Assembly: GCA_038496445.1 (NCBI GenBank)
Contig: JALMLS010000447.1
Span: 186,001 to 250,000, forward strand
Length of the DNA stretch: 64,000 nt
From: Trichosphaerium sp. ATCC 40318
Lineage: Eukaryota > Protista > Tubulinea
Reading direction: 5' to 3'
In this document: positions 13,789-25,928 of the stretch, piece after piece
Position numbering within the stretch: position 1 is the first letter of the stretch
Layout: each line of letters starts with the position of its first letter
Notes under the pieces: model-generated
What the model saw: the letters and a program-made list of their open reading frames with translations, nothing else
Databases searched by the model: none
Told to the model about the DNA's origin: nothing
Translations under genes and position numbers: made by a program

Positions 13789-16017
13789 GATGTAACGCTA
13801 ATTTGAGGAGTCGCAGCGTCTGCCTTTTGGCTATTTCGTTTAACTTAAGTCAATCTCCTTTTTTTTTTTTTTCGTTGTGACAAAAAATGAGCACCTTTCA
13901 CTACATCGATACAACAACCTCAAAGAACAAGTCCCTTTCAGAAATTAAATATTGAGAGTCTCGCGTATTTGTGTAGTTCGTTTAACTTCAATACTGCGCG
14001 CCAAAGTGAGACTCACAATATGAAACCAAACCCAAACAATAATGGTATACATACAACAAACAACGCTTTTTGCGTCCCTATCTTCTAGCCTCAATTGTGC
14101 GTTCACACTCACACTCTCCGTCACAACCACGCTACCCTTTAGTGCATTTCTGTGTTGGCCGTAAAACGTACCTGATCTTTTTGCTTATCACGTGGACTAA
14201 GAAAGGAGAAATTGGGAAATAAAGAGGGTAGAAATTAAGGTACTCCCGGTGCTTTTTTAAGCAAATAGTTTCTTTGCCCTTATTGCGCAATGAAATTGAA
14301 TCACCAATTGTTTAATGACGACATAGCAGAATGTCTGAATGATCTTTTAAGAACGTCACATGACAAACTTCTTAGAGCACGGAGTACCTCCTCACGGAGC
14401 TATTTTTGTTATCTCACAAACAAGCAGCGTGTATCTCACAGAACCAGCGTGTATCTTGTACTTTTTTTAACCCAGTCAAGTTCTTTTGGAGCTTGGAAAC
14501 CGCCTCACAGCCAAGCAATTTTGACTTTTTTCTTTTCTTTCGAAAAAAACATAAAGAAACGGTCAACGCGATTTTGAATCGCCACTGTTGTGTTGACGTG
14601 GTATCAAAAGACAGCAAAACAGCGTTTATAGTGCCTTGACAGGGAAACACATTTTATCGAAGAAGACGAATCTTTTGTGCGTTATTTCTCTACCTGCCGC
14701 GAACGCCATCAAAAGCAGCACCTAGTTACCACTCGAAGTCGCTGTACCAAACTACCGAAGCGAACGCGTTTTTGTTGTAGGCTACAGACACCTCTGGTGT
14801 CCCTCAAGAGATAGGTACACCGTTTGTGTAACTCTACAAAATGCGCCAAAAAGTGGCGTTGTAGCGCTGACACTCACTACGTATCAACCGACGCGTGCAG
14901 GGCTACAATTACGGCTGAGACTACAAGTTATGGCGAATAAGCAAACACTCACGCTTGTTTGTCATGACAGTACAACGGCGACAAATTGCGTGTTAGTACG
15001 AGTAATTTTGAATCTACAAGCGCGGGAGATAAGTTGAGAAAAAAAAACATTGAAATAATTTTTTTTGAAGTCTCATTTTTTTGGCTTCTTGCAGTACTTG
15101 AAAAATAACACCAGGCTCTCTTTTATCTTCAATAATTTTCAGAAAACTACGAAGGTTTCCCTAGTCCACAAAATTGTTTAAAACTACAGCAATCACGTGA
15201 GATCGTGATTGTACAACTTTATGTTATGATTTTTTTTCTTTATTTTTCTAATTATTTTCACACTTCACGTTAGTTTTCAACTACACGGGATATTAATCAC
15301 GTGTACATTTCTTTAATTAATCAGCCTGATTTTTATAAATAGCTATACACAATTTTTAATATAACACGAGAACCTTGAGGGCTACAGGGCTACACTGCGC
15401 ATCGCGAAAACTAATCAAATCTTCAAACGTATTTAACTCCACCATAGACGCTCTTTAGACGAAACCTTTAATCTTATTCGCGTGTTTATATAAACAACAA
15501 ACACCTTAAAACAGTTACGTTATACAATCAATTGATGGGTTGTTTATTTCTGTGATTTAAAAGAAAAATCAACAAACCTATTACTTTTTTTATTATTTTC
15601 GTGAGTTATTAAATCTCTACTTTGGCACTACTGCTCTTCGCTTTAAAACCTCACCAGACCTTTATTTTATATTGTGAGTCCCTCACGTGAGGTGAACGAT
15701 GTGAAACAAAAGCCCTTAAACCTCCTTTTTCATTCTTTCTGTTTTTATGTTTTAGACGCTCATTTGGGTATTTTTATGGCGCGAGCCGTATCTTCTGGCG
15801 TTATACGTTTCTTTATCATAACGAGCACCAAACAATAAATATAACGCTATAAAGCATGTGAGCCTATTCTTACGCTCTGGAATACTTTCCTTTAAGGTGC
15901 TAACGCCGTTAAAATGTACTCACTTAAAAGTGCATCAATGAGATTCATTGTGTTTTTTTTTCTTACATTCGGCTTATACACCACCACAAAAGCACATCAA
16001 GATAATAAAAAGGAATT

Positions 16018-19000
16018 ATGAACCATTTGGGTTGGTTCGTAACGCTAGCAGTGTTTGTAGTTGTGTCATGCGCTCAAGAAAATAATACGACATGCCATGC
16101 GTATGTACCAGCGCTTAGAGGAACACCACATCGTTGTGACGAGGTTATAACGAATAACACCCTCGTTCACTATTACGGTACTCTTACAACTCAAGAAGAG
16201 GCACTAAAGTACGTTGGCGCCATGTTTTACAGCTTTATCGCCCGGATAAGTTTGTCCTAATCACGAGATAAAGGGTTGTGGACGGAGAGTTATTTAATGG
16301 CTTGATTGACAACACTGGTAAAGAATGCAGAGCATCCGCAGTGGCCTTTGCTTGTTTGGCCTCTTTTCAGAGTACGTCATCCTAAAATGGTTTGCAGGCA
16401 ATTTCGTTAGTCTCTATTATACCTCTTTCTCCCCAGCCATGCTAATTGTTTAAACTTGGAAAGTAACATTTTTTACCTATTCTTGTCCATAACGTCAACA
16501 TCAATATACCCAAACTATTTTTACGACGTTGGTAATGTACTGCAAGTTTTTAACTATCAATGGCGTTATTTTGACGTATTTGCAACTTTGAGCTTTTTTT
16601 TTGCTCAAAATGGATTTTTTAAAGGTTTATCGGGCTTTGACGCATTTTTTTTGCCTCGATTGTTTGTAATATCAGCTTCTTTTGTGTTTTTGTCGATTTT
16701 TTTTTTTCGTTTTTTTTAACTTCTTTTTACAGTATGTGACAATTCTATACCTCTTGGGTATAGAATACCATGCAAGTCACTATGTGAGAACGTAACTGTA
16801 CACTGTGGGCCTGTCCTTCAAAAAATTGGGTTTTCTCTTGATCTACTTCCAAACTGCAACAATGAGACTATAGCTATTGAGGAATGTAGTGCTACTGAGG
16901 TTAATATTAGTACGTTTTGAGAAAAAGAAAAACCTTTGTTCTTTTTAGGCAGTACGTCTAGTGCGTTGCCTTAAATTGGTAATATTTCGTGTATTCTGGC
17001 GTTTTCAGGCCCTGTTTTAAGTCATACAATAGGTGATGTTGAGTGTAAGGCACCTCTTCTCTTCGATCCGCTGGCGGATTCTTCTAAAGGTATTTATTAG
17101 AGGTACAAAAAAGAAATTAGTTTAACATTCTCTTAGGCGAGCCAGTATGCTGGAAATGCCCTCCGCCAGTCTTTACGCGTGCGTTACAAGCGATTAACAC
17201 TAGTTGTATTGTTTGACAATGATTTTGTAGAGAGAACGCTTGATCTCGCTTGGATTTTTAAAATAGTTGGAGGTGGCCTATCTATGATATTTATGGGTTT
17301 TTCTGTCGTTGTATTCGCCGCAAATCCAAAGTACGGGTTTTTTGTTGACACTTGTTATTAAATGTGTTTCTCAGCACTTATTGTGCGTCTTTAACCTTGC
17401 TGACAACTTTTGATTAGGTATAGACGGTTTCAGACACATTTATTTATTATTATCTCAGCGGACTCTTTCTTGCTTGGTTTGGGTTTATTTATGGTTGGCG
17501 TAGCGCCTTCTAAAATTGTACGTATCGAGAGATGCAGTTGAAGAACTTTAAAAGTAACTCTGAAGGAAGAAATTAACTTTTGTTTTTTCTAGCTGTGTGA
17601 GAGCCCTGCACGAGATGCAAAACCATGGCACGTTCTTTGTACTATACAAGGTACACGCGTATGATATGTGGTTATACTCTTAACGCTTGTTGTAGGTAGT
17701 ATTTTTGTATTCTTTGGCGTACAAATTATTACAGCGTGGCTGATATTGTCGTTAAACTTGGTACGTCTGCAACACCTTCGGGGTTATGTTTTCGTGCATT
17801 TTTGTTGAAAATCGTTGATGTACCTTCCAAGCAATTACTAACATGTCTTTATAGGTTTGGATAACAGTCAGAGGTGTGAGATTTGCTAGAGGAAAGTTTC
17901 CGCTACCATACAGGATTGTGCGCTTTTTTTTTCGAGATTTTTCAAAAAAGTCGTTTAAATACCGCTACATCTTACGCGAAACTATTCGTCTACGCGAAAA
18001 AAATAAGTTTTACACGTTACGCGAGTAGCGGTAGATTTTTTTCTTTGTTTTTCTTTTTTTACATTATCTCTTGACTGGTTAGATGAAACATTTCTAAACC
18101 TTATAAAATAAATCACGTGCTTTTGGGATTGCTACCTTTCTCTTTTCTCGAATATGTCATCTTTTACTCAAAAGTCATTTCTTTTGCTTGATGATTGTTT
18201 CTTTTTTGCTAAAGTAGATTTTAGACAATGTATATTCTGCTATGGGGATTACCTACTCTACAATGGGTAATTGCACTTGCTTTTCAAAGCATAAAACCAT
18301 TCATTGGCTTTACTTCTTGCTTCGGTATGTATTTTGACGTCTTTTTTTACCATGTTGTTTCTGTAGTAATAATTGTTTTTCTACAGTTACAAATGACGAC
18401 AGTTTTCAGTGGGGTGTATTCTTTGGATGGCCACTCATTCCTATTACTATTGTTGGTATTACAAGCTTCTCTTATGTGTTATACCGATTGAGCATGGTAA
18501 GAAGCAAGAAGAGCAACTGCCTCTACTTTTTGTTTTTTTGAGATAATTCTTAACACATTTTAGGGTCCTAAGACTGCAAAGGGCCATAAATCTCACAAGG
18601 ATGAAGCTAGGAAGCTTGTTCTTGGTTTTATGGCTGTATATATAGTTCTTGCTTTGTATATACTTATATGGCGTATCCAACAAGACGTGGTACGTGTTAA
18701 AAAGAAAAGTTCAAAAAAAAAAGAGAATTAGCTAATTTTTTGTAAACAGGCGAATAATAGTGCAAAGAAGAAGGTTGAAAGTATGCTTCAGTGTCTTCTT
18801 CAAGTAGGCGGTGAGAACTGTATAGAAGATATAATTAATGTTCCTGCTTTGATGATACTATACATGTGTGCTATAGGTACCTAATCATGCCGTTGAGTGG
18901 CCGGCTGTCGCTTTTTTTTTTGTTGATATAAACAGCTTGTATGGTTGGCTTAAACTCATTTTTTATTTAAGCGAATGGTATTCCTATTTTCGTTCTTTGG

Positions 19001-19585
19001 GTTTCTTCTAGGTACGTTTCACGTTTTTTTTTTCTCGTGTTGGTTTTACGTGTATTGTGGTGGCAGTGTTGTAACTTTTTAACAATAGAGCGTACAGGAT
19101 TGCTGTCTTGCAGTTGTTTGGTATGAAGGACATGAATCTTACTAAAAGATCGAGTAAAGCGTCTATGAAGAGTGGTAGTATTAATACACTTACTTCTCGG
19201 TCTCGTGTTGGGTAAGTATTTATTTGAAAAAGAGTTTTCTTATTTTTTTCTAATTTGGAACAAAAACAACCTTGATGGTCAGTTTTCGCTCTTTGTTTAA
19301 TTTTATTTTTGTAACAACATTATTTTATATATGCATACATAGTTTTAAAATATATTGAGATGGTGCATAGCTTGTCAAGCATTGTTTGTTTATCAGTTTT
19401 TTTTAATCTTTTTTTTTATTTCTAGACATGACGATGCTCTTTCTATTCGTAGTGGTGAAGCGATATGGACTCCACGTGAGAATGGGTCAGACTCAGATGT
19501 TGTAAACGAAGAAGAAGAAAAAGCTGCAGAAGCTAAGGAGTTGAAAACAGAGCGAGATGTAGAAGAGCAAGCAGAAGAGTCTTAA
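16018..19585 (+). CDS. Frizzled/Smoothened-like GPCR (CRD + 7TM), multi-exon
   Basis: Signal peptide MNHLGWFVTLAVFVVVSCA. Cys-rich Fz-CRD-like exons (ECRASAVAFAC, PCKSLCENVTVHC, LPNC, CKAPL). Multiple hydrophobic TM exons (e.g. CTIQG...FFG, ILLWGLP) and an acidic/charged C-tail ending at TAA 19585. Exon boundaries approximate. Confidence 0.8.
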
Positions 19586-20967
19586 TACCAATTTTTGAAA
19601 GAACTACCAATGTATTTTTAAATTATAAAAAATGTACTTAACAACTCACTTAAAATGTTTTGTACGCAAGATCTTTAAGAGTATTCGGTAGATTGTTAAT
19701 TAACGTATCTTGAAATTGTTACAAAGTTGTCACGTGGCGTGTAGAGTTTGTCTTTGCTTGTGACTAAACGATTTCTAAATTTTTTAAAGTACAAAAGCTA
19801 GTGATAACAAAGCTTGATTGAACCTGGCGGGACACTTCTTAGAATTGCCCGTTGATATCAACTCAACTGGTAACGAATTATTTGTATCTGTAGCATCTTA
19901 GATTTCTTTGTACCTGGGTCTTGTACGTTGTGGAAAACAAGGGTATTTCTCTTCTTGTCGTGTTGGCCAATGAGAAATTGGAACGCACTGGTACAGTTCT
20001 TATTCTCGAGTATCCTTGGCTGGTGCATTCCATTATCAATGAAAAAGCGTTGTGGGCTACAATGAGAGGATGTTTGCTCTGTATATCATTGTGTTTGGTA
20101 ATGATTGATACTGAAAAAGACGTCTGCAAACAGTTGGAGTAGGGTACTGTTCTAAAGGAAGTATAGCTTGTGGCTACGCCGAAAGGCGATCAAATAAGTG
20201 CCACTTACTTCAGTTCACTTAATGCATGCTTGAGTAAGAACTCGTACAGCTCACATTTCTTTGCTATTAATGTCGTTATCAGTCAAATTGATAAGCTTCA
20301 CTGTTGTACTTTGTTCTTTATCAAGTGGTTCAATCAAGCTTTATAATTACATGTACATTGGTAGTCAAGGTGAGAACTTCCATCAATTTATCCACATCGT
20401 TAATATTCCCAGCCTTTTTACCATTTGAGCAATGTTACCAACAATGCCGAGTTACTGTTGCTCTGGCTAGCCCACAATTGACTATATACAATTTTCTATC
20501 CTTTTTATTGGAGCAAGGTAAATTTATTCCTCTCGATGTGGCTACTAGAGTTATTAAGTAACAAGACAAATATTGGCCTTGTGCACCTTTTTATGTCCAC
20601 GTTACACCCTTAGGCATTTTTTGTGTTTCAATCCAATTGTTTATCCAGATAACCTCCGCTGGTTGTTAGCTTAAAATTGTACGTACAGGGTACACTACCA
20701 GCACTGTTAGATAATAAACATCCGGAGTTCAAAAATGAGCTATTTAAAGCTGTGAGTGTATTAATATTGCGTTGAGCGTCCTGTTGTTTGCCACTTAGTA
20801 AAATTATTTTTACGTTTATTAGTTGCTGGTGATATTGACTTTGGTTTTTTTGCTACATGGCTCTTAGAACACTATAGTTCATAGAATGGCCCCTTGCTGC
20901 TTTCCGTTTTGGTCACGGAAGCTTAATTAATTTGACCAACAAGCTCAATATTTGGCTTTCAGCAGAA

Positions 20968-22795
20968 ATGGCAAAGCTTAACGTGTTGACACTCTTTTTC
21001 TTTGTTTATATTGGCCAAAGCACGTGTGGTTTGGTTTCAAGGTGTACATGGCAAAATAATACATACGCTCTGTATAATGATCTAGACGCTGACTCTTGCG
21101 AAATGGGTACGGTTTACTGCATTTAATAAAGTGGGCGAGCTCCTTGGCTTTATTGTTTTGTTTGCTTTGTAACACGTTATTATCGCTTTAGGCTACAATC
21201 ACCTCATATTAGACAGTATTATGGAAGCATCTGTAATGACTTTATTTCCCGTACGTTGGATAAACGATACACAATTCTGCCGTTTTCGTTTTTCTTTTTT
21301 TTGCCGTTCAAAATCACGTGCGTTTTCTTTATGTGTTTTCACTTTTTTTATTTTTTAGCCTTTGAGTTTGAATGTTACCTCGATAAACACCACGGCAGAC
21401 GTTATTGATTATTTTTGGTATGATGGCTCTCTTGTAAGTCCTATTGTGAGTAGAACTTTTGCTGGTAATTTGGTTGATGATAACAACTGTCCTTCACTTG
21501 TCGGAGGTGTACGCAACTTTCTCGTAATTAAAACAGTTCGAGTTTTTTCTTACATTCAACAGTTCATTCGGAATAATTGTGAATCAACCAATTTTGTTTG
21601 TGAAGCGCCTTCAGAGGATGTCCAACCAGTATCAACTCCTTGTGTTGAAATAACTCCGAATATATCTTGTGATCATAGAAGCTCTGTTTCATGTGCGGAA
21701 AAATATGAAGAAATGTTTTGTTCCTTTTTTTCTGATTTGTCTTTTCAGTTGCTTGCTATACAACTTTTTTGTCGCGACGTACATGGCCTGAAGCTCAAGG
21801 TAAGTATCAATAGTTTGATAATACATGTAACGTATATAGGCCTTTGTTTACAACAAGGTGGACACCTTGCAACAATAAACAGCGCTGAGGAGTTTGAGTT
21901 TGTTGGCGGTTTGTTACCTCTAGATAACACAAGTACAGGTAACTGTACATGGATAGGATTGACAAGTGGATACAGAAACGATCACTTTGACTTTCAATGG
22001 GTACGACAACTGCTAGCTAGCCATTCTATTTTTAGGATTTATTCGTATTCAAGGCAGTAACAAATGAACCACGTGTTTTTGGTGGTGAGTTTATGAAAAG
22101 CCCTTGGGGTTCTGAGGAGCCACAGAGCGTAGTGATTAGAGAAAATTGTGTATTGATGTGTGGGAATGAGTCTGTTGTTGAATGGGCTGATGTACATTGC
22201 CATCGAAGAGAACTCTTTGTTTGCGAGATTCAGCAACCTGGTATGAGTTAAACTCCTTGAGAGTTTGTTCATTCAACTCAACCTAGACATAACACTTATA
22301 TTTCTACTTAGGAGACTTTATACGAAATGATGTTGTTGTCCTCGTTGATTCAGACCTTTCCATTGATGGTACGAGTTTTGAAGTACCCACCAATACAAAC
22401 ATAGCAGTCTGATAACCTCCTTTAGGTACAGCTCGGTTCAACAACACGACACTTGAGATACGAAAAGTAAATACAATACTTAATGTTACTGGATGTATTG
22501 TGGGTTCATTTAAGCTTAATCTAATGTCAATTGTGGTACACACTCAAATACCTGTTGGTGATTCGAACTAATCACTTTATTGTATTTTTAGGAAAATTCA
22601 GTACTAATATCACAGAGTCAAGTGTGTGTAGAGGTAACGCCATCAGTTATCTTGCGTACAAACCAATGTCAGGAGCAAACAAGGGCATCAACATCATTAA
22701 CAAGAACTCTTGATATTTCGACTTTCAAGTGTGCTAGTAACACTCTCATTGGGTGTATTGTATTAATGCTTGCCATGGTTGTTTTGTTATTGTAG
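20968..22795 (+). CDS. Signal peptide + C-type lectin + GPI-signal protein, paralog A
   Basis: MAKLNVLTLFFFVYIGQSTC...SCEMG. CTLD motifs TWPEAQ, CLQQGGHLATINS, WIGL, PWGSEEPQ...ENCV...WADVHC...FVCE. Hydrophobic C-terminus CIVLMLAMVVLLL*. Confidence 0.85.
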
Positions 22796-24081
22796 AAGCA
22801 ATAAAACTTGTACAAAGTAAACCCATTTCTACGAATATCACGTGGGAAATAAAAAGGAATAAAAATCCACATACAACTTTGTTGGACTTCGATGGTAAAA
22901 GCAAGAGGCTTTATATAACTCTTAAGCGTTCTTTGTGACTACCTTACCTTTAAAGCATTTAATTATGTAACACCACAAGAGTGAGAGAAACTAAAGCAAA
23001 AGAAGAACATATTCATCTCTGTTAAAAACGAGGAAATAGTTGTTTTCTTTTCTTTAGTTCGCAACAAAAGCGGACATCAAGGGTATCGAAGCTTAGACGT
23101 ATAATCTATGAACTCCTGAGAGGGCTTTAAACTTCTTTTGTAATACCATTACAGCCATTTTATGGCAGTACCTATTGACACTGTACTGGTATGTGATACA
23201 TTGCGTTTAAATGTATTGTACGCCCATTTAACTCAGGCTCAGCAAGCATCTGTTAAGGGCTGACCTGACCAGTTAACCTAAAGTTGTTTATAGATCAAAC
23301 ATTCTCACATACCAACACAGCGCGCACTCACTGCATTGTTAGGTCCAGCATTTTGTTTTTTTCAAAACCACAACTAGCAATTTAATACCTTCATCTGTAG
23401 CATGATTACAGCCAATAAGGCCAATAGTATGAACTCCAGCAAATCTTGATAAAATACTATCAGTTACAGTACGAATCAGTGAGATTCTTGTATTCCATAG
23501 AATGCCACTGTCTGCTACCTTGTGATAATCAGACCTCAACTTTTTTTTGCAAACAATAAGCAACGTTGACTGTCAGTACTTTTTCTCATTACTACAAGAA
23601 CGAATCACAAAATGTTTTTTATATCAACAAGTATAGCATCTTGGTGCATGTTGAAAGACGCGATAGAGGTGAAAAATACTTCAGTGGTGAGTAAAAACGC
23701 CTTAAAGATTCACTGAATTTCACTAAACATTTCTGTGCCCGTCTCAACTATAAACGCCGCTGCCGTAGCGGTGTTATTTATACGTGTATAAATAGGAAAA
23801 ATAATTTTGTCGGAATATAAAAAAACCCCCTCAAGACAAACCATGTACTCTACAAACCAATAAACAAAAACCTTATCTGAAAAAAGAAAGGTTCTATTTT
23901 TTGCACGTGTCGTAGATAACAAAATCCTAATTTGTTGCTCCTATTATTATAGAAAAACATCATTCTTACTTGTATCACTATTTTGGAGTAATGAAGTGGT
24001 TGGTAGCACCAAAACAATTCGATCTTTAAAATTTTCTACATTGCAATGTCATTTGTGTCACAAATAACAGGTTTAGTTATT

Positions 24082-24425
24082 GGGCAGCACAGTTTTTGCA
24101 ACAAAGTTTACAATTTGTCAAAATTGTAGAAATTGCAGAAATACATAAAATAGCAATTGCTACTTTTACTGCATTTTATGGAATCTTTACAATACTATTT
24201 CTCATCACTGCAATCATTGTTGTACTATTGATTGTGCCTCATAGTATACAGTATACTATAGAGTACTTTGAAGTAATGAGAAATTATTTCGTTAATGCAC
24301 TGGTGAGAAAAGGTAGTGCCAGTGTTGCCAATGTATTTTTCACCTTGTAATTTTAGGTGTTTTCACAAATTCTCATTTAAGGCAATTCGGCAAATTGTAA
24401 AAATTAAACAAAAACTGTGCTGCCC
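24082..24425. mobile_element. MITE-like element
   Basis: Perfect 17-bp terminal inverted repeat gggcagcacagtttttg (24082-24098) / caaaaactgtgctgccc (24409-24425), extending imperfectly to about 45 bp. AT-rich interior. No clear TSD. Confidence 0.65.
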
Positions 24426-24715
24426 CACAAATACATAGTCTTTTTTGGCGGTCTCTTCCTACGGTTTAGTTACTTTACGCACTAAAGGGGCTTCAGATGG
24501 TCGCGACATTTTTGTATACATTTAAAGTACTCCAATAATCTTCTATAAATACTTGAATCTCTTCTGTCTTTTTACTGTTCACAGCCTTAAGTATTCTAGT
24601 TTGATACGGTTAATTTACGAGATGAAAAAAAAAAAACCTGAAATGAACAAAAGGACTTAAGGCAATACGTCTTAACCAATACCGTGTTTTGTACTGCGTA
24701 TAGCACCTCCTTGAC

Positions 24716-25425
24716 ATGAGCCAAGACAACGTAGCGTTACTGGGTACATCTACAGACCAATGCGCTCTGGATATGCCTGACACTTCCGAAATTGTATCTG
24801 AAAAACACTACAAAGTACGTGAATTGTTTCTAAGCACAAACTACGAAAAGTTGTGGCAATTTGGTCATCACGTGTTCAAATTTTCAGGATTCTCTGAAAT
24901 TACTTTCCTTGTGTGACTGCGATTGACTGTATGCAGTAATGTTGTCCTAAAACATCCTCTATGTCACGACAATAGTTTTTGTTTTGAAACATTCTATCTA
25001 ACTTGTCTGACCAGGCACTAAAAGAAGTTTACCCTGATGCATACATGCATCCAAGACAACTACATGTTTATCAACACAAAAATGTTGGCGATTTCTTCTG
25101 GGATGCACATGTCCCTGTAGACCTTCAAGACCGCGATGATATTGATCCAGCTTATTATTCTGAGTCAATTGAGGACTTGAATAAGAAATCACGAGAAATA
25201 ACATCTTGTTGTGGAAGTAAAATGCTATGGTGTATAGTAATCTTTATATTGTGTATTCTGATGATTCCTGTTTTATTATATGTATTTTGTTGGGTGCCTT
25301 ACATTGAACGAAGACGAGAGAGAATGAAAGAAAAGATAAGAGAGATAAATACACGTTGGAAAAAACAGAGAATATTTTTTGTGCTAGATGACACTCAAGA
25401 GCTGAAGATAATCCATGAGTTTTAG
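24716..25425 (+). CDS. Erf4/Golgin A7-like small membrane protein (2 exons)
   Basis: Exon 1 MSQDNVALL...KHYK with gtacgt donor at 24815, joined after gaccag to ALKEVYP...PVDLQDRDDIDPAYYSESIEDLN. This is followed by a Cys-rich hydrophobic hairpin and IREINTRWKKQRIFF, the pattern of the Erf4 domain. Confidence 0.55.
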
Positions 25426-25928
25426 ATGGTGATTAACACTGTAATTGTAAACAAACCAGGGCAATAATCATTTTATATTTTACATTCTTAGATTCATTTT
25501 GACGATTCAATCACTGCTTAGAAAGAAAATGTAGCTATTTCTAATAAAGCATGTGATACTTATTACTGGCTTACTGACGGCCTATTGGCGTATTATTTAC
25601 GTTACGTTTACTCTCCTTTTCCGCATGTTCTGCATTCTATTCTATTCTATTATCGTGCTCAAGTCCAGGTCTTGTTCAAGGAGCTCCATTCGGAGTCTGG
25701 CTTAAAGCAGGCAACGTGAGTTGCCTCCAGGCCCTTGGGCCTGGCTCCTTGTCTAACCACTTGTCAGTCTGGTATATATACATCCAGCTGACCAGTGTCT
25801 GCATTTTTGGATAAAATTTTGGTAAGGTAAAGAATGACACGTAGGACTTGAAGGCCATTTTATGAATTTCGTTGAATTTTGAAGACAAAAAAAACCGCTA
25901 AAAGCAAAAAGCCTTGTTTCACTTTAAT

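Noticed and set aside
22591-22713. Apparent frameshift in the last exon of lectin A (ORF track reads GKFSTN...)
   Set aside because: With the phase-0 acceptor (ag|GAA AAT TCA) the exon reads ENSVLISQSQVCVEVTP through to the hydrophobic tail, so it is intact.
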